This document shows, in pieces, positions 30,715 to 41,035 of a stretch of 64,000 bases of DNA. Location of the stretch: positions 1 to 64,000 of IMG/VR virus record IMGVR_UViG_3300035670_000121; one strand, written 5' to 3'. Source of the DNA: a virus (taxonomy: Duplodnaviria > Caudoviricetes). The first letter of the stretch is position 1. Each line of letters opens with the position of its first letter. The position numbers and the translations under genes were made by a program. The notes beneath the pieces were generated by a model. The model made no database searches, had not been told where the DNA came from, and saw only the letters and a list, made by a program, of their open reading frames with translations.

Positions 30715-31795
30715 AAATTCCGCAGAAAGAATCGAAAAGATTCTTTTAGAACTTGGTTATAATTTAAATGATCGCGGTAAATATTGGCAAACAAATGCTG
30801 TTTATCGTAATGGAGACAATAGAACTGCTTTGCAAATTTGGAAGGATACTGGAATCTGGAAAGATTTTGTAGCTAACACAACTTATCAACCATTTAAAAA
30901 GCTTATTGAATTAAGTTGTCAAGATGACATAAGGCTCAAAGAATTTTTTGAAGTAATCGAAGATAAAAATCATTGTTTTATAGATGTAATAAAAACTCCT
31001 AAAATGGAAGCTGATCAATTTTTCAGTCATGATGAAGTTAAAACCTTACTTCCTCATTATCAATTCTACAATAATAAAAAAATATCTGATGATATATTAA
31101 AAACATATCGATCAGGATTTGCAATGTCAGGTAAAATGAATGGCAGATTTGTTTTTCCTGTTTTTGATGAAAATCAAAAAGTTATTGGATTGAGTGGCAG
31201 ACACATGTTATGGAAAGAAAATTCAGCTTTTCCTAAATGGAAACATCTTGGTCGAAAAGCTAATTGGATATATCCAATAAATTTACCTTCTGATATTTTC
31301 AGTAAAACAATTGAAGAAAAGAAAGAAATAATACTTATTGAAGGTATTGGAGATAGTTTGGCGTTATCGCAACAAGGCTTATATAATCACCTTGTTGTTT
31401 TTGGTCTTGAAATCAGTTCAAAGCAGTTATCTTACTTGATGTCCTTATCATTAAATAAGATATATATATCAACAAACAACGATCAAGATAAAACAGATAA
31501 TCGCGGACTTCTCGCAGCTATTAAGATATATTTAAAACTTATTAAGTACTTTGATATAAATAAAGTTGAGATTAGACTTCCTGTTGTTAAAGACTTTGGC
31601 GAAATGCTTGAAAAAGATATTAGTATCGATAAGTGGATCAACAAGAAAGTAAATAAAATCAGCCAAGTAGAATATATTCTTAAAGAATTGTATAATAATA
31701 AATCTGACAAGAAAATTATTTCATTACTTGAAGATTATCTGGAACAATTAAATGTTGAAAGAAACGCTATCCGCCAGCAAGATCAAGACGCTTAA
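30695..31795 (+). CDS. dnaG: DNA primase (DnaG/Toprim)
   Basis: RFVFPVFD..IGLSGR; ILIEGIGD; start uncertain. Confidence 0.8.
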   Translation: MYQNLTENSAERIEKILLELGYNLNDRGKYWQTNAVYRNGDNRTALQIWKDTGIWKDFVANTTYQPFKKLIELSCQDDIRLKEFFEVIEDKNHCFIDVIKTPKMEADQFFSHDEVKTLLPHYQFYNNKKISDDILKTYRSGFAMSGKMNGRFVFPVFDENQKVIGLSGRHMLWKENSAFPKWKHLGRKANWIYPINLPSDIFSKTIEEKKEIILIEGIGDSLALSQQGLYNHLVVFGLEISSKQLSYLMSLSLNKIYISTNNDQDKTDNRGLLAAIKIYLKLIKYFDINKVEIRLPVVKDFGEMLEKDISIDKWINKKVNKISQVEYILKELYNNKSDKKIISLLEDYLEQLNVERNAIRQQDQDA

Positions 31796-32789
31796 ATCTT
31801 GTTCTTGGTTATATTGGTGCAAGTATCCTTTAAAGCTTCCAGATAAAACAAACAGTGGAGCTTTAAAAGGAGAAATTGTGCATTTAGTTTTTGAATGTCT
31901 TGGCATCGATAGACATAAAAAGCATTATGATCTTATTCTAAAAAAGAAAAATCCTTTTGCATCAAAAGCTGTCAAACGTCTTGTTTTAAAACACGTTAAG
32001 AATAAAAATATTTATGAAGACGAGCATGTAGACGATATCAAAGAAATGATATATAAAGGTTTGCTTTATGATTTTTTTGGAAATAAGTTTGGTAAGCCTA
32101 CAGAAGTCATTTCTGAAAAAGACTTTGAAATCGAAGTGAATGAAAATGATATAAAATACAAGATAAAAGGTTTCATCGATAAGCTTTTTATTTATGGTAA
32201 TAACAGTGTTGTTTTAATACGCGATTTTAAAACTAATAAGAAAAAATACGAAGGCAAAGAAGTATCAGATAATTTACAAGATTATATGTATACTCTGGCT
32301 ATTCGAAAGCTTTACCCCAATCTTGAAAATATAAAGATGGAATTTTTGTTTTTAAAACAAGATTTAGATGTTGATGGTGTTATGGAAATGATACCTAAAT
32401 CTAAATACGAACTACTTGGATTTGAACACGAATTAACAGCTTATCAAAAATACGCTGATGGCTTTACTGAAAAAACCGCTATTTCAAATCTTGCATACAA
32501 CCAAGGTATGCCAAAAGATGGCAGCTTTAGCGGTAAATTAATGTGTGGTTTTGCATCTAAGCCTAATGAATTAAAAAAAGATGGCAATCCTAAATGGTAT
32601 TGTACATATAAGTTTCCTTTTCATTACTATAGTATTATTAATTCTGACAACAAAATTATAAAAAGCGCTTTCCAAAAAGAAGATTTGTTACAATATAAAT
32701 TAAAAAACGATGAAAAAATTGTTAAAAAATACTATCAAGGATGCCCAGCATTTAATAAGAAAGACGAATTTGATCTTGACAATTTTTGA
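31752..32789 (+). CDS. PD-(D/E)XK nuclease (RecB/Cas4-like)
   Basis: LSASKIK; KGFIDKL..IRDFKT; LQDYMY. Confidence 0.8.
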   Translation: MLKETLSASKIKTLKSCSWLYWCKYPLKLPDKTNSGALKGEIVHLVFECLGIDRHKKHYDLILKKKNPFASKAVKRLVLKHVKNKNIYEDEHVDDIKEMIYKGLLYDFFGNKFGKPTEVISEKDFEIEVNENDIKYKIKGFIDKLFIYGNNSVVLIRDFKTNKKKYEGKEVSDNLQDYMYTLAIRKLYPNLENIKMEFLFLKQDLDVDGVMEMIPKSKYELLGFEHELTAYQKYADGFTEKTAISNLAYNQGMPKDGSFSGKLMCGFASKPNELKKDGNPKWYCTYKFPFHYYSIINSDNKIIKSAFQKEDLLQYKLKNDEKIVKKYYQGCPAFNKKDEFDLDNF

Positions 32790-32804
32790 TCGATAACATA
32801 TATT
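32776..32804 (+). promoter_or_regulatory. Sigma70-type promoter of the polymerase operon
   Basis: TTGACA-N17-TATATT. Confidence 0.65.
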
Positions 32805-32813
32805 CACTTGTAT

Positions 32814-33578
32814 ATGTTAGCTTTATTTAAGAGTTGCTATTCTATTGGTAAATCTATACTTACTTTAGATGATCCAAAGAAAACTTCGCCAGAGGGTTCT
32901 GACAGTATTTTTAAAATTGCATTGGAAAACGATTTAAAAGAGATTATTCTGGTTGAGGATTCGTTGATTGGTTTTTTTGAAGCTTTTAAGAGATCAAAAG
33001 AGCTTAAGCTGAAATTAATATTTGGATTAAGACTGTCGATGCGTAATTCTTCTTTGCCTGAAGACTCAGATAGTCAGCATAAAGTTATTATCTTTGCAAA
33101 AAATAGTGAAGGCTGCAAACTGCTAAATAAAATATATTCTAAAGCTTTTTGTGATTTTAGCGGTTTTTTGAATTATGAATCCCTTAAGGACTTATGGAAT
33201 GACGATGATGTAAAACTTGTTATTCCTTTTTATGATTCGTTTATACATGTTAATTCTTTATCTTTCGCAAATGCGATACCTGATTTCTCATTTACAAAGC
33301 CAACTTTCTTTTTAGAAGATAATGGTTTAGCGTTAGACATGCTTCTTCAAGAAAAGGTTTTAGAGTTTACAAAAAATAATAATTTTGAAACTCAAACGGC
33401 TAAAAGCATTTATTATAAAAATAACGAAGATGTTGACGCTTTCATGACTTACAAGATTATTTGTAACAGAAGTCATGGAAAAGATCGGTCATTAGAAAAG
33501 CCTGAACTCGCTCATTTTTGCAGCGATCAGTTTAGTTTTCAATCTTGGAAAAATAAAATTAATTATGGTCACTCTTAA
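32814..33578 (+). CDS. Stand-alone PHP domain of DNA polymerase III alpha
   Basis: FKSCYSIGKSIL; LIFGLRL; IIFAKNSEGCKLL; metal-binding His residues absent. Confidence 0.75.
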   Translation: MLALFKSCYSIGKSILTLDDPKKTSPEGSDSIFKIALENDLKEIILVEDSLIGFFEAFKRSKELKLKLIFGLRLSMRNSSLPEDSDSQHKVIIFAKNSEGCKLLNKIYSKAFCDFSGFLNYESLKDLWNDDDVKLVIPFYDSFIHVNSLSFANAIPDFSFTKPTFFLEDNGLALDMLLQEKVLEFTKNNNFETQTAKSIYYKNNEDVDAFMTYKIICNRSHGKDRSLEKPELAHFCSDQFSFQSWKNKINYGHS

Positions 33579-33930
33579 AATTAACAATCAAAAAGAACAA
33601 CTTGTTGCTTCTGAAGATATTAGTTCTGGAACAACTGTATTTGTTTCTAATTGGTTTGATCAGGAAACTAAGAATCCTTTTTATCTTCCTAAGTCAGAAA
33701 TCAAGATACAAGATAAACCTTGTATTAGCACTGATGATCTATTTACTCCTGTATCGTTAACTAGCTTTGGTGAATACATCAAACCAGATGCTCAAAACTA
33801 TAACACAACAGCTTTAATTGATTACAAAAACAAACAGGTTTCTTTTGTTGCGGTTAAAAACATTAAGAAAAACGACGAACTGGTTTATACTTTAAATATT
33901 AATTTTTTCCCTAATGTTACGATTCAATAA
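33565..33930 (+). CDS. Degenerate SET/PR-domain-like protein
   Basis: LVASEDISSG and FVAVKNIKKNDELVY match SET N- and C-terminal motifs; NHS missing. Confidence 0.5.
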   Translation: MVTLKINNQKEQLVASEDISSGTTVFVSNWFDQETKNPFYLPKSEIKIQDKPCISTDDLFTPVSLTSFGEYIKPDAQNYNTTALIDYKNKQVSFVAVKNIKKNDELVYTLNINFFPNVTIQ

Positions 33931-34543
33931 AGATCAAAAATATATTTGCTTTGATTTTGAAACTTGTCATCTCAATTTAGTCAATACAGACAATAAGCCT
34001 TGGCAATTAAGTTATCTTATCGCAAAAGGCAATCAGATTATTAAAGAAGTAGATAATTATATTTATTGGCCTGATCTGAAATTGTCAGAAGGAGCTAAAG
34101 AGGTTACTCATTTTGACGAAAGGCGGTATCATTCATTAGCTGCCGATCCCAAAGACATACTTTCTTCTTTTGAAGATTATATTTATGATAGCGACTATCT
34201 AATAGTAGGACAAAATCTTCTTGGTTTTGACGTATACATACATAATATATACCGAAAACTTCTAGGTAAGTCGCCTGATTTTTCTTATGTTAAACGCATT
34301 CTCGATACAAATTGCATCGCTAAAGCGATTAAAAAGAATATTAAACCACAAAAGGATTTAGACTTTACTTGTTGGCAGTATAGATTAAATGATTTCCGAG
34401 AAAAAGGATTAAAAACAAGCATAAAAGCTCAATTAAAAGATTATAAGATTGATTTTGATGAGAGCATGTTGCATAATTCTATGTACGACGTTCAGATGAA
34501 CTTCAAAATCTTTCAGAAGCAGCTTTGGCAAATCGAAATATGA
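33914..34543 (+). CDS. dnaQ: DEDDh 3'-5' exonuclease (Pol III epsilon-like)
   Basis: FDFET; GQNLLGFD; LHNSMYD. Confidence 0.85.
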   Translation: MLRFNKDQKYICFDFETCHLNLVNTDNKPWQLSYLIAKGNQIIKEVDNYIYWPDLKLSEGAKEVTHFDERRYHSLAADPKDILSSFEDYIYDSDYLIVGQNLLGFDVYIHNIYRKLLGKSPDFSYVKRILDTNCIAKAIKKNIKPQKDLDFTCWQYRLNDFREKGLKTSIKAQLKDYKIDFDESMLHNSMYDVQMNFKIFQKQLWQIEI

Positions 34544-36300
34544 ATTTTTTACAAGATATTCAGAGTTATGACGACGCAATGTTGCCGGGTGTAAGATTGC
34601 CTCAAATATCAATCGATAGTAAATATTATGATTTACTGAAGATTCCAACGTCTTCAGATAATTTTACTTTTCTTAAAACTTTATGCTATCGCAGTTTAGA
34701 GAATAAGAATCTAAATAAGAAAGAGTATGTAGATAGATTAGAGATGGAGTTGCAGATTTTTCATGAACTTGATTTCGTTGATTATGTGTTACTGAATTGG
34801 GACATTCTTAATTTCTGTCACGAAAATAATATTCCAACTGGTCCCGGTCGAGGTAGCGCTGCGGGTTCATTGGTTTTGTTTTTGGTTGATGTCACTAAAG
34901 TAGATCCAATTCGATATGGACTTTTCTTTGAGCGATTTGTGAGTAAGTCTCGCGCAAAGAAGATTATCAAAAACGATATTACATATCTTGATGGCTCGCT
35001 ATTGCCAGACGTAGATAACGACATTAGTTATGATCGCAGAAGTGAGGTTATTAAATATATTGAAAACAAGCATTTTGGTAAAACTTCAAAAATCTTAACT
35101 CTTAATACTTTATCTAGTAAACTTTGTATCAAAGAGTGCGGTAAAATTGTTGGCGGTTATTCTGAAACGGAAGTAAACGAAATTAGCGATCTAATTCCAA
35201 AACAATTCGGTCGCGTTTTTGGCTTAGAAGAAGCCGCTAAGGAAAACGATAAGTTTAAAAAGTGGTGCGACGATAATCCTAAGCTATTTAAAATAGCTAA
35301 GAAAATTGAAGGCTTAAACAAGAATACTGGTGTTCATCCTTCTGGTATTGCTATTTCTTATTACAAGATAGATGAAGTTTGTCCTGTTCAGAAAACTTCA
35401 GATGGAGATTTAGTTAGCGGATATGATATGAATTATGTCGCTGAACTAATGGTAAAATTTGATGTTCTTGGATTAAGAACTTTAACTGTTGTTAATGAAG
35501 TATGCAAAATGTTGAACATGGATATGACAAGTATCGATCCTGAAGATCCATTTATATATGAAAATTTGCAAAATCTAAAGACTCCTCAAGGTTTATTCCA
35601 AATTGAAGCTGATACTAACTTTAAAGTCTGTAAAAAAGTTAGACCAAAGTCGCTTGAACAATTAAGCGCTGTTATTGCTATTGCTAGGCCGGGTGCATTA
35701 GATTTTGCTGATCAATACGCCACTTATTCGGCGTCTACAATAGCGCAAGTAGTTCATGATTTTTTTCAAGAAGAATTATTATACACTGGTGGTATTCCTC
35801 TGTATCAAGAACAGTTAATGAAAATGGCTGTACGCTTAGGATTTACTCTGGATGAAGCTGAACAATTAAGACGTATTGTCGGCAAGAAGAAGGTAGACCA
35901 AATGCCTCAATGGCAAGGAAAAATTCGTCAAAAAGTCATTGAACAGAATCTTGATCCTGCTATTGGTGATGTATTATGGAAAGTTGCAGAAGATTCTGCC
36001 AATTATAGTTTTAATAAATGTTTATTACCTGAAACCCTGGTTGAAACGAAATCTGGATTTAAATGTTTAAATGATGTCAAAAAAGGAGAAATGGTTTTAG
36101 CGTATGATGTTGATAATGATAAAGATCATTATGTAGAAGTTGTAAACATTCATCAAAATGAAGTTGAAGTTTACGAAGTAGAAATGGAAGACGGAACAAA
36201 AATATCATGTTCTATGGATCATAAGTTTCTATGTCAAGACAGAAAAATGCACACTCTTAGAGAAATAATTTCCCATAATTTAGAAATTATGTGTAAATAA
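34540..36300 (+). CDS. dnaE: DNA polymerase III alpha, N-terminal part, fused to split intein N-fragment
   Basis: GPGRGSAAGS; LPDVDND; HPSG; KFDVLGL; ...SANYSFNK|CLLPET. Confidence 0.95.
   Translation: MNFLQDIQSYDDAMLPGVRLPQISIDSKYYDLLKIPTSSDNFTFLKTLCYRSLENKNLNKKEYVDRLEMELQIFHELDFVDYVLLNWDILNFCHENNIPTGPGRGSAAGSLVLFLVDVTKVDPIRYGLFFERFVSKSRAKKIIKNDITYLDGSLLPDVDNDISYDRRSEVIKYIENKHFGKTSKILTLNTLSSKLCIKECGKIVGGYSETEVNEISDLIPKQFGRVFGLEEAAKENDKFKKWCDDNPKLFKIAKKIEGLNKNTGVHPSGIAISYYKIDEVCPVQKTSDGDLVSGYDMNYVAELMVKFDVLGLRTLTVVNEVCKMLNMDMTSIDPEDPFIYENLQNLKTPQGLFQIEADTNFKVCKKVRPKSLEQLSAVIAIARPGALDFADQYATYSASTIAQVVHDFFQEELLYTGGIPLYQEQLMKMAVRLGFTLDEAEQLRRIVGKKKVDQMPQWQGKIRQKVIEQNLDPAIGDVLWKVAEDSANYSFNKCLLPETLVETKSGFKCLNDVKKGEMVLAYDVDNDKDHYVEVVNIHQNEVEVYEVEMEDGTKISCSMDHKFLCQDRKMHTLREIISHNLEIMCK
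36019..36297 (+). mobile_element. Split intein N-fragment (93 aa)
   Basis: Block A CLLPETLV; block B ISCSMDHKF; then a stop codon. Confidence 0.9.
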
Positions 36301-36304
36301 TAGT

Positions 36305-37252
36305 ATGAACAATGTTAAATATAATGATTCAATAAAATTCATATCTATTAATTATTTCGATATATGTCAGCTTGATGGAAAATCAAAAAAAGAAATAATT
36401 AATTTATTTCCTAAAAGGCAAGATGGTGCTTATTATTTGAATAAATTTATTAATTATATCGAAAAATATTATAAAATTTCAATTCAAGAATATGTATTTA
36501 AATATTTAAATATTAAATGGCCTACATGCCCAGTTTCAAAAGAAAAAGTTGGTTTTCGAGTTAACGGAAAAGGAATTTTCTTTTCAAAATTTAAAAAGGG
36601 TAAAGTTTGTAAAAAATATTCTACAGCTTTTCAAAAAGCTTGCGAAAAATTTTCTCAAAATAGAAAAGGTAAAAACAATCCAATGTTCGGAAAAAAATCT
36701 TGGAATTCGGGTTTATCAAAAGACTCTGACGCGAGAATAAAAAAAATATCCGACGAACGAAAAGGAATTGTTTTTAAGCAAACACATAAAAATAAACTCA
36801 AAGAAGCTAGAGCAAATCATCCGTTAAAAGCTCGGCACGTCACTAAACATACTGATGAGTCTAAGAAAAAAATGAGAGAAGCCACTATTAATAGATGGCA
36901 AAAAGGTGATTTTAATTTTAAAAAAACAAGTATAGAAAAAAAAGTTGAACAATGGTTGTTAGATAATAAGATCGATTTTCAATTTCAATATAATGTTGAT
37001 TATTTTATAGCTGATTTTGCTTGTTTGAATGAAAAAATCTTGATAGAATGCCAAGGTGATTTTTTTCATTGTAACCCTCATTTTGAAAAATATAAAAATC
37101 CAAAATATGAAGTTCAAAAGAGAAATGTTTTTCGAGATAAAATAAAAAAACAAAAATACAAGCAATTAGGTTGGAAACTTATAGAATTATGGGAATCAGA
37201 TATTAATTCTGGCGAATTTAAAAATATACTAAAATGCGAACTCAAAAAATAA
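36305..37252 (+). CDS. Free-standing homing endonuclease (NUMOD3 plus Vsr/DUF559) between the intein halves
   Basis: KGKNNPMFGK; HTDESKKKMRE; TSIEKK..IADF..IECQGDFFH..LWE. Confidence 0.85.
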   Translation: MNNVKYNDSIKFISINYFDICQLDGKSKKEIINLFPKRQDGAYYLNKFINYIEKYYKISIQEYVFKYLNIKWPTCPVSKEKVGFRVNGKGIFFSKFKKGKVCKKYSTAFQKACEKFSQNRKGKNNPMFGKKSWNSGLSKDSDARIKKISDERKGIVFKQTHKNKLKEARANHPLKARHVTKHTDESKKKMREATINRWQKGDFNFKKTSIEKKVEQWLLDNKIDFQFQYNVDYFIADFACLNEKILIECQGDFFHCNPHFEKYKNPKYEVQKRNVFRDKIKKQKYKQLGWKLIELWESDINSGEFKNILKCELKK

Positions 37253-37347
37253 TTTCAATTAAATCTTTAGGAAAAAGAAAAACTTTAGATTTAGAAGTAA
37301 ATCATAAAGATCATAATTTTTATGCTGAAGGTCTTGTTTCGTCAAAT
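37234..37347 (+). mobile_element. Split intein C-fragment (38 aa)
   Basis: Block F TLDLEV..HNFYA; terminal Asn; +1 Ser. Confidence 0.9.
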
Positions 37348-38421
37348 TCACATTCCATAAGCTATGCTATTCTTGCGGCTTGGACGACTTACTTGAAGTT
37401 TAAACATCCAAAAGAATTTTTTCTAGCTTTATTGAAGCTTTCTAAGTTTGAGCCTGATTCTCATAAAGAAATTAATAAAATATCAAAAGAGTTAATGTTT
37501 TTTGATATTGAATTGCTTCCTCCTGACTTAGCTAAATCTGCAATCGATTTTAATATTGAAGATAAGAATATTCGATTTGGATTAAATTCTATCAAAGGTG
37601 TTTCAGAAAAGACGCTTGAATCACTTCAGCAATTTAGAGAAACCAATACTCCTAATAAGTTCGATATCTTTATTACAGCTAAACAAGCTGGAATCAATAT
37701 TGGCTTATTGTCTTCTCTGATTCAAGCTGGAACATTAAGCTCTTATACTCATCGTAGATCAAGATTGGTTCTCGAAGCTCAAACGTTTAATCTACTTACA
37801 GACAAAGAAAAGAAGTACGCTTATTCTATTGGAGATAAATATAATTACGATATTCTCACAATCGTTAGCGAATGTGCTTTTAAGAATAAGAATATAAATC
37901 AAGATGGTAAGCCATTCATGTCAGATAAAAGAAAGGCGACCTTCAAGAAAAAGTACGATGAGTATAAGAAAATATATGATCAAAACAAGAATCATGAAAA
38001 ATTTGCTAATTGGGTATTCGAAAACAAACTGCTTGGTTATACTCCATCTATTAAACTGAAAACTGTTTTTGAACAACCTGAAGCTACTTTTACTGATACT
38101 TTAGAATTTCAATCTACTTTAAAGAATGATTTAGTTAAAATTGTTGGAGTTGTAGATGATGTTTATAAAGGAAAGAGTAAAAAGAGTAATAATCAATTCT
38201 TTAGAATTGCTTTGAAAGATGAAGTTGGAACCGTGATGGGTTTATTTATGGATGGTGGAAAAAAAGCTCGTTTATCAGAGTATTTAGAAGATGGCTTAAA
38301 GATTCCAGAAAAAGAAAACATTGTAGTTTTTACTGGACGAAAAGGTGATGATGTGTTATGGATAGAGAACATTGCAATACTTGATGATAAAATCTATATG
38401 AAGCTATCTGACGTAGAATGA
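37234..38421 (+). CDS. dnaE: Split intein C-fragment fused to DNA polymerase III alpha C-terminal part
   Basis: MRTQKIISIKSLG..HNFYAEGLVSSN|SHSISYA; RFGLNSIKG; OB fold. Confidence 0.95.
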   Translation: MRTQKIISIKSLGKRKTLDLEVNHKDHNFYAEGLVSSNSHSISYAILAAWTTYLKFKHPKEFFLALLKLSKFEPDSHKEINKISKELMFFDIELLPPDLAKSAIDFNIEDKNIRFGLNSIKGVSEKTLESLQQFRETNTPNKFDIFITAKQAGINIGLLSSLIQAGTLSSYTHRRSRLVLEAQTFNLLTDKEKKYAYSIGDKYNYDILTIVSECAFKNKNINQDGKPFMSDKRKATFKKKYDEYKKIYDQNKNHEKFANWVFENKLLGYTPSIKLKTVFEQPEATFTDTLEFQSTLKNDLVKIVGVVDDVYKGKSKKSNNQFFRIALKDEVGTVMGLFMDGGKKARLSEYLEDGLKIPEKENIVVFTGRKGDDVLWIENIAILDDKIYMKLSDVE

Positions 38422-40826
38422 AAAATTTAAATCTTACACCAAGAGCGCAAAAGCTTATCAAAGAAGCCTTGAAAGTGGCTTTAGCGCATAGAAACATTAG
38501 AATCACGCATCTTCATTTATTTAATGCGTTTCTAAATCTTAGCAATAATCAAATAGAAGAAGCTTTTCTGCAATTTGAATTAGATGTAGTTAAGATAAAA
38601 GAAAAATGCTCAAAGTTTATAGATGACAACTATTCTGTAACAAATAAAAAGAACAATAAGCCTTCTTTAGCTGATGCAGCTAAATCCATTTTTACTTGCG
38701 CCAAAGAAATATCAGCAAAATTTGATCATAAATACATTGGACTTGAACATATTTTTCTAGCTATGTTTGAGGTTCAATATGATTTATTTCAATTGTTTTT
38801 ATCTAGTATAGATTTTAATTTCGAAAATATTGTAGACTATATCGAAAGCAAATTAGAAGAAGATGATTTGATGTCTATTAAAGAAGACATCTCAAAACCA
38901 GAACAAAAGATGTCAGAATCTTTTGATGCTAGAAAATATAAAACACTTAATACATATGCTTCCAGTCTCAATGCACAAGTAATTTCTGGTAAGATTAATA
39001 ATCTTCATATTAATGAAGAATTAATTAAAAAGATATCTGAAGTTCTTTGTAGAAAGACAAAGAATAATCCTTTGATTGTGGGTGAAGCTGGTGTCGGAAA
39101 AACGGCTTTAGTCGAATCGCTAGCTCAAGCTATTGTAAATAATCAATGCTCTGATCTATTAGGATTGAAGCAGATTTATACATTGGATATACCAATGATG
39201 ATTGCAGGTTGTAAATATAGAGGAGAATTCGAAGAAAAGATCAAGAACTTATTAAAAGAAATAGTAAATGATCCTTATATCATCTTATTCATCGATGAAA
39301 TCCATACAATCATTGGCGCTGGAAATCCAGAAAATGGGCATGATGTCGCTAATATATTAAAGCCTTATTTAGCTAGAGGAGAAATCAGTTGTATTGGCGC
39401 GACTACTTTTGATGAATATCGTAAAACAATAGCTGATGATCCTGCATTAAGTCGGCGTTTTCAAATGATCAAGATCGAAGAACCGACAAAAGAGCAGACT
39501 TTCGACTTGATTAAAAATATTAAGAAAGATTATGAAACTTATCACATTATTGAGTTTACAGATGATATATTAAAATTTATTATTAATACTGCTGAAAAAT
39601 ACATTGAAGGTAGATTTCCAGATAAAGCTTTAGACATTATTGATCAAGTAGGATCTAAAGCTAAGTTAAAGAATTTTACTAAAACGCCAGAAATGATTAA
39701 GATCGAAAGTAAAATCATGAAGGCTGCTAAAAAAGATAAAATTGCAAGTGAAAATCAATTTACTCCAAATATCCAATCTCTTTTATCAAAATATCAAGGA
39801 GTTGTTGAAAAATTGGTTAACAAATTAAAGAGTAAAAAATATAAGATTACCGAGGATGATGTTTTACAAGTCGTATCTGATAAAACTAATATTCCTTTTA
39901 ATGATTTAAAAAAGCAAGATTTTGAAAAAGTTCAACAAGTCAAAAAAGAACTTCAAGATAATGTTGTAGGTCAAAGTGAACAAATAGATCAAATATATAA
40001 ATGTTTGATACGCGCTAAAGCTGGTTTTCGCAATCAGAATAAGCCGATATGTTCAATGTTGTTTGCGGGGTCAACTGGAATCGGTAAAACGATGACAGCC
40101 AAACTTCTGGCAACTAATCTTTTTGTTAATAAAAACAATTTCATCTTTATCGATATGTCAGAATATGCTGATAAAACAGCTGTAAATAAACTAATTGGTT
40201 CTAATCCAGGTTATATTGGTTTTGATAAAGGTGGTGTTTTAACAGAAAAAGTCAGAAAGAATCCATATTCTTTAATTTTATTTGATGAAATCCAAAAAGC
40301 AGATGAAGAAGTTTTATTCTTATTATTACAAATACTAGAAGAAGGAAAATTATCTGACTCCTCTGGAAAGATAATTGATTTCTCTAATAGCATTATTGTA
40401 ATGACCACTAATGTTGGCGCTCAAGCGGTAAATAATAATTCTATTGGATTTGTTACTGCTAAAAATTCTATAAAAACTGATATTTTAAGTTCAGTAAAAA
40501 AATATTTTCCTCCTGACTTATTAAATAGGTTAGACGAAATAGTTGTATTTAATCCATTACAAGAGTCTCAAATCAAAGTTATCATCGAAAAAGAAATGAA
40601 TCAGTTCAAAAAAGAACTGAGCGCTAAAAATATTGACATTGATTATTCAGAAGAAGTTATAATGTATGTATTCAAGAAAATTCAGTTTGATAATTTTGGC
40701 GCTAGACAAGTAATTAAAACTATTCAGCGCGAAATTCAAACTTTAATTGCAGAAAAAATATTAGAGAATAAAGAAATTTCTAATATAAAAATTACTGTAA
40801 AAGATAATAATATTTGTGTAACATAA
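38418..40826 (+). CDS. clpC: ClpC/ClpA-type AAA+ ATPase
   Basis: Clp-N domain; GEAGVGKT; GSTGIGKT; IGF ClpP-docking loop. Confidence 0.9.
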   Translation: MKNLNLTPRAQKLIKEALKVALAHRNIRITHLHLFNAFLNLSNNQIEEAFLQFELDVVKIKEKCSKFIDDNYSVTNKKNNKPSLADAAKSIFTCAKEISAKFDHKYIGLEHIFLAMFEVQYDLFQLFLSSIDFNFENIVDYIESKLEEDDLMSIKEDISKPEQKMSESFDARKYKTLNTYASSLNAQVISGKINNLHINEELIKKISEVLCRKTKNNPLIVGEAGVGKTALVESLAQAIVNNQCSDLLGLKQIYTLDIPMMIAGCKYRGEFEEKIKNLLKEIVNDPYIILFIDEIHTIIGAGNPENGHDVANILKPYLARGEISCIGATTFDEYRKTIADDPALSRRFQMIKIEEPTKEQTFDLIKNIKKDYETYHIIEFTDDILKFIINTAEKYIEGRFPDKALDIIDQVGSKAKLKNFTKTPEMIKIESKIMKAAKKDKIASENQFTPNIQSLLSKYQGVVEKLVNKLKSKKYKITEDDVLQVVSDKTNIPFNDLKKQDFEKVQQVKKELQDNVVGQSEQIDQIYKCLIRAKAGFRNQNKPICSMLFAGSTGIGKTMTAKLLATNLFVNKNNFIFIDMSEYADKTAVNKLIGSNPGYIGFDKGGVLTEKVRKNPYSLILFDEIQKADEEVLFLLLQILEEGKLSDSSGKIIDFSNSIIVMTTNVGAQAVNNNSIGFVTAKNSIKTDILSSVKKYFPPDLLNRLDEIVVFNPLQESQIKVIIEKEMNQFKKELSAKNIDIDYSEEVIMYVFKKIQFDNFGARQVIKTIQREIQTLIAEKILENKEISNIKITVKDNNICVT

Positions 40827-40830
40827 ATAT

Positions 40831-41034
40831 ATGCCACTTCCCAAAGTTCGTAAGAAAGAGACAGAACAAGAATTTGTAAGTCGTTGCATGGGTGACGACA
40901 TGATGAATAAGGACTTTAAAGATCAAAAGCAACGAGCTGCCGTTTGTTATTCTCAATTTAAAGTTAGAGAGCGTATGAAAGGCGAAGCTAGTTGGGACGA
41001 TGTTAGAATGGGTGATAGTTTAAATCTTTTATAA
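40831..41034 (+). CDS. Small conserved phage protein
   Basis: MPLPK..EFVSRCM..QRAAVCY; GTGTA at 40816. Confidence 0.65.
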   Translation: MPLPKVRKKETEQEFVSRCMGDDMMNKDFKDQKQRAAVCYSQFKVRERMKGEASWDDVRMGDSLNLL

Positions 41035-41035
41035 T

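Noticed and set aside
31752-32789. Cas4-like gene as a CRISPR-Cas system
   Set aside because: No array or other cas genes; it sits in a replication operon as a typical phage PD-(D/E)XK nuclease.
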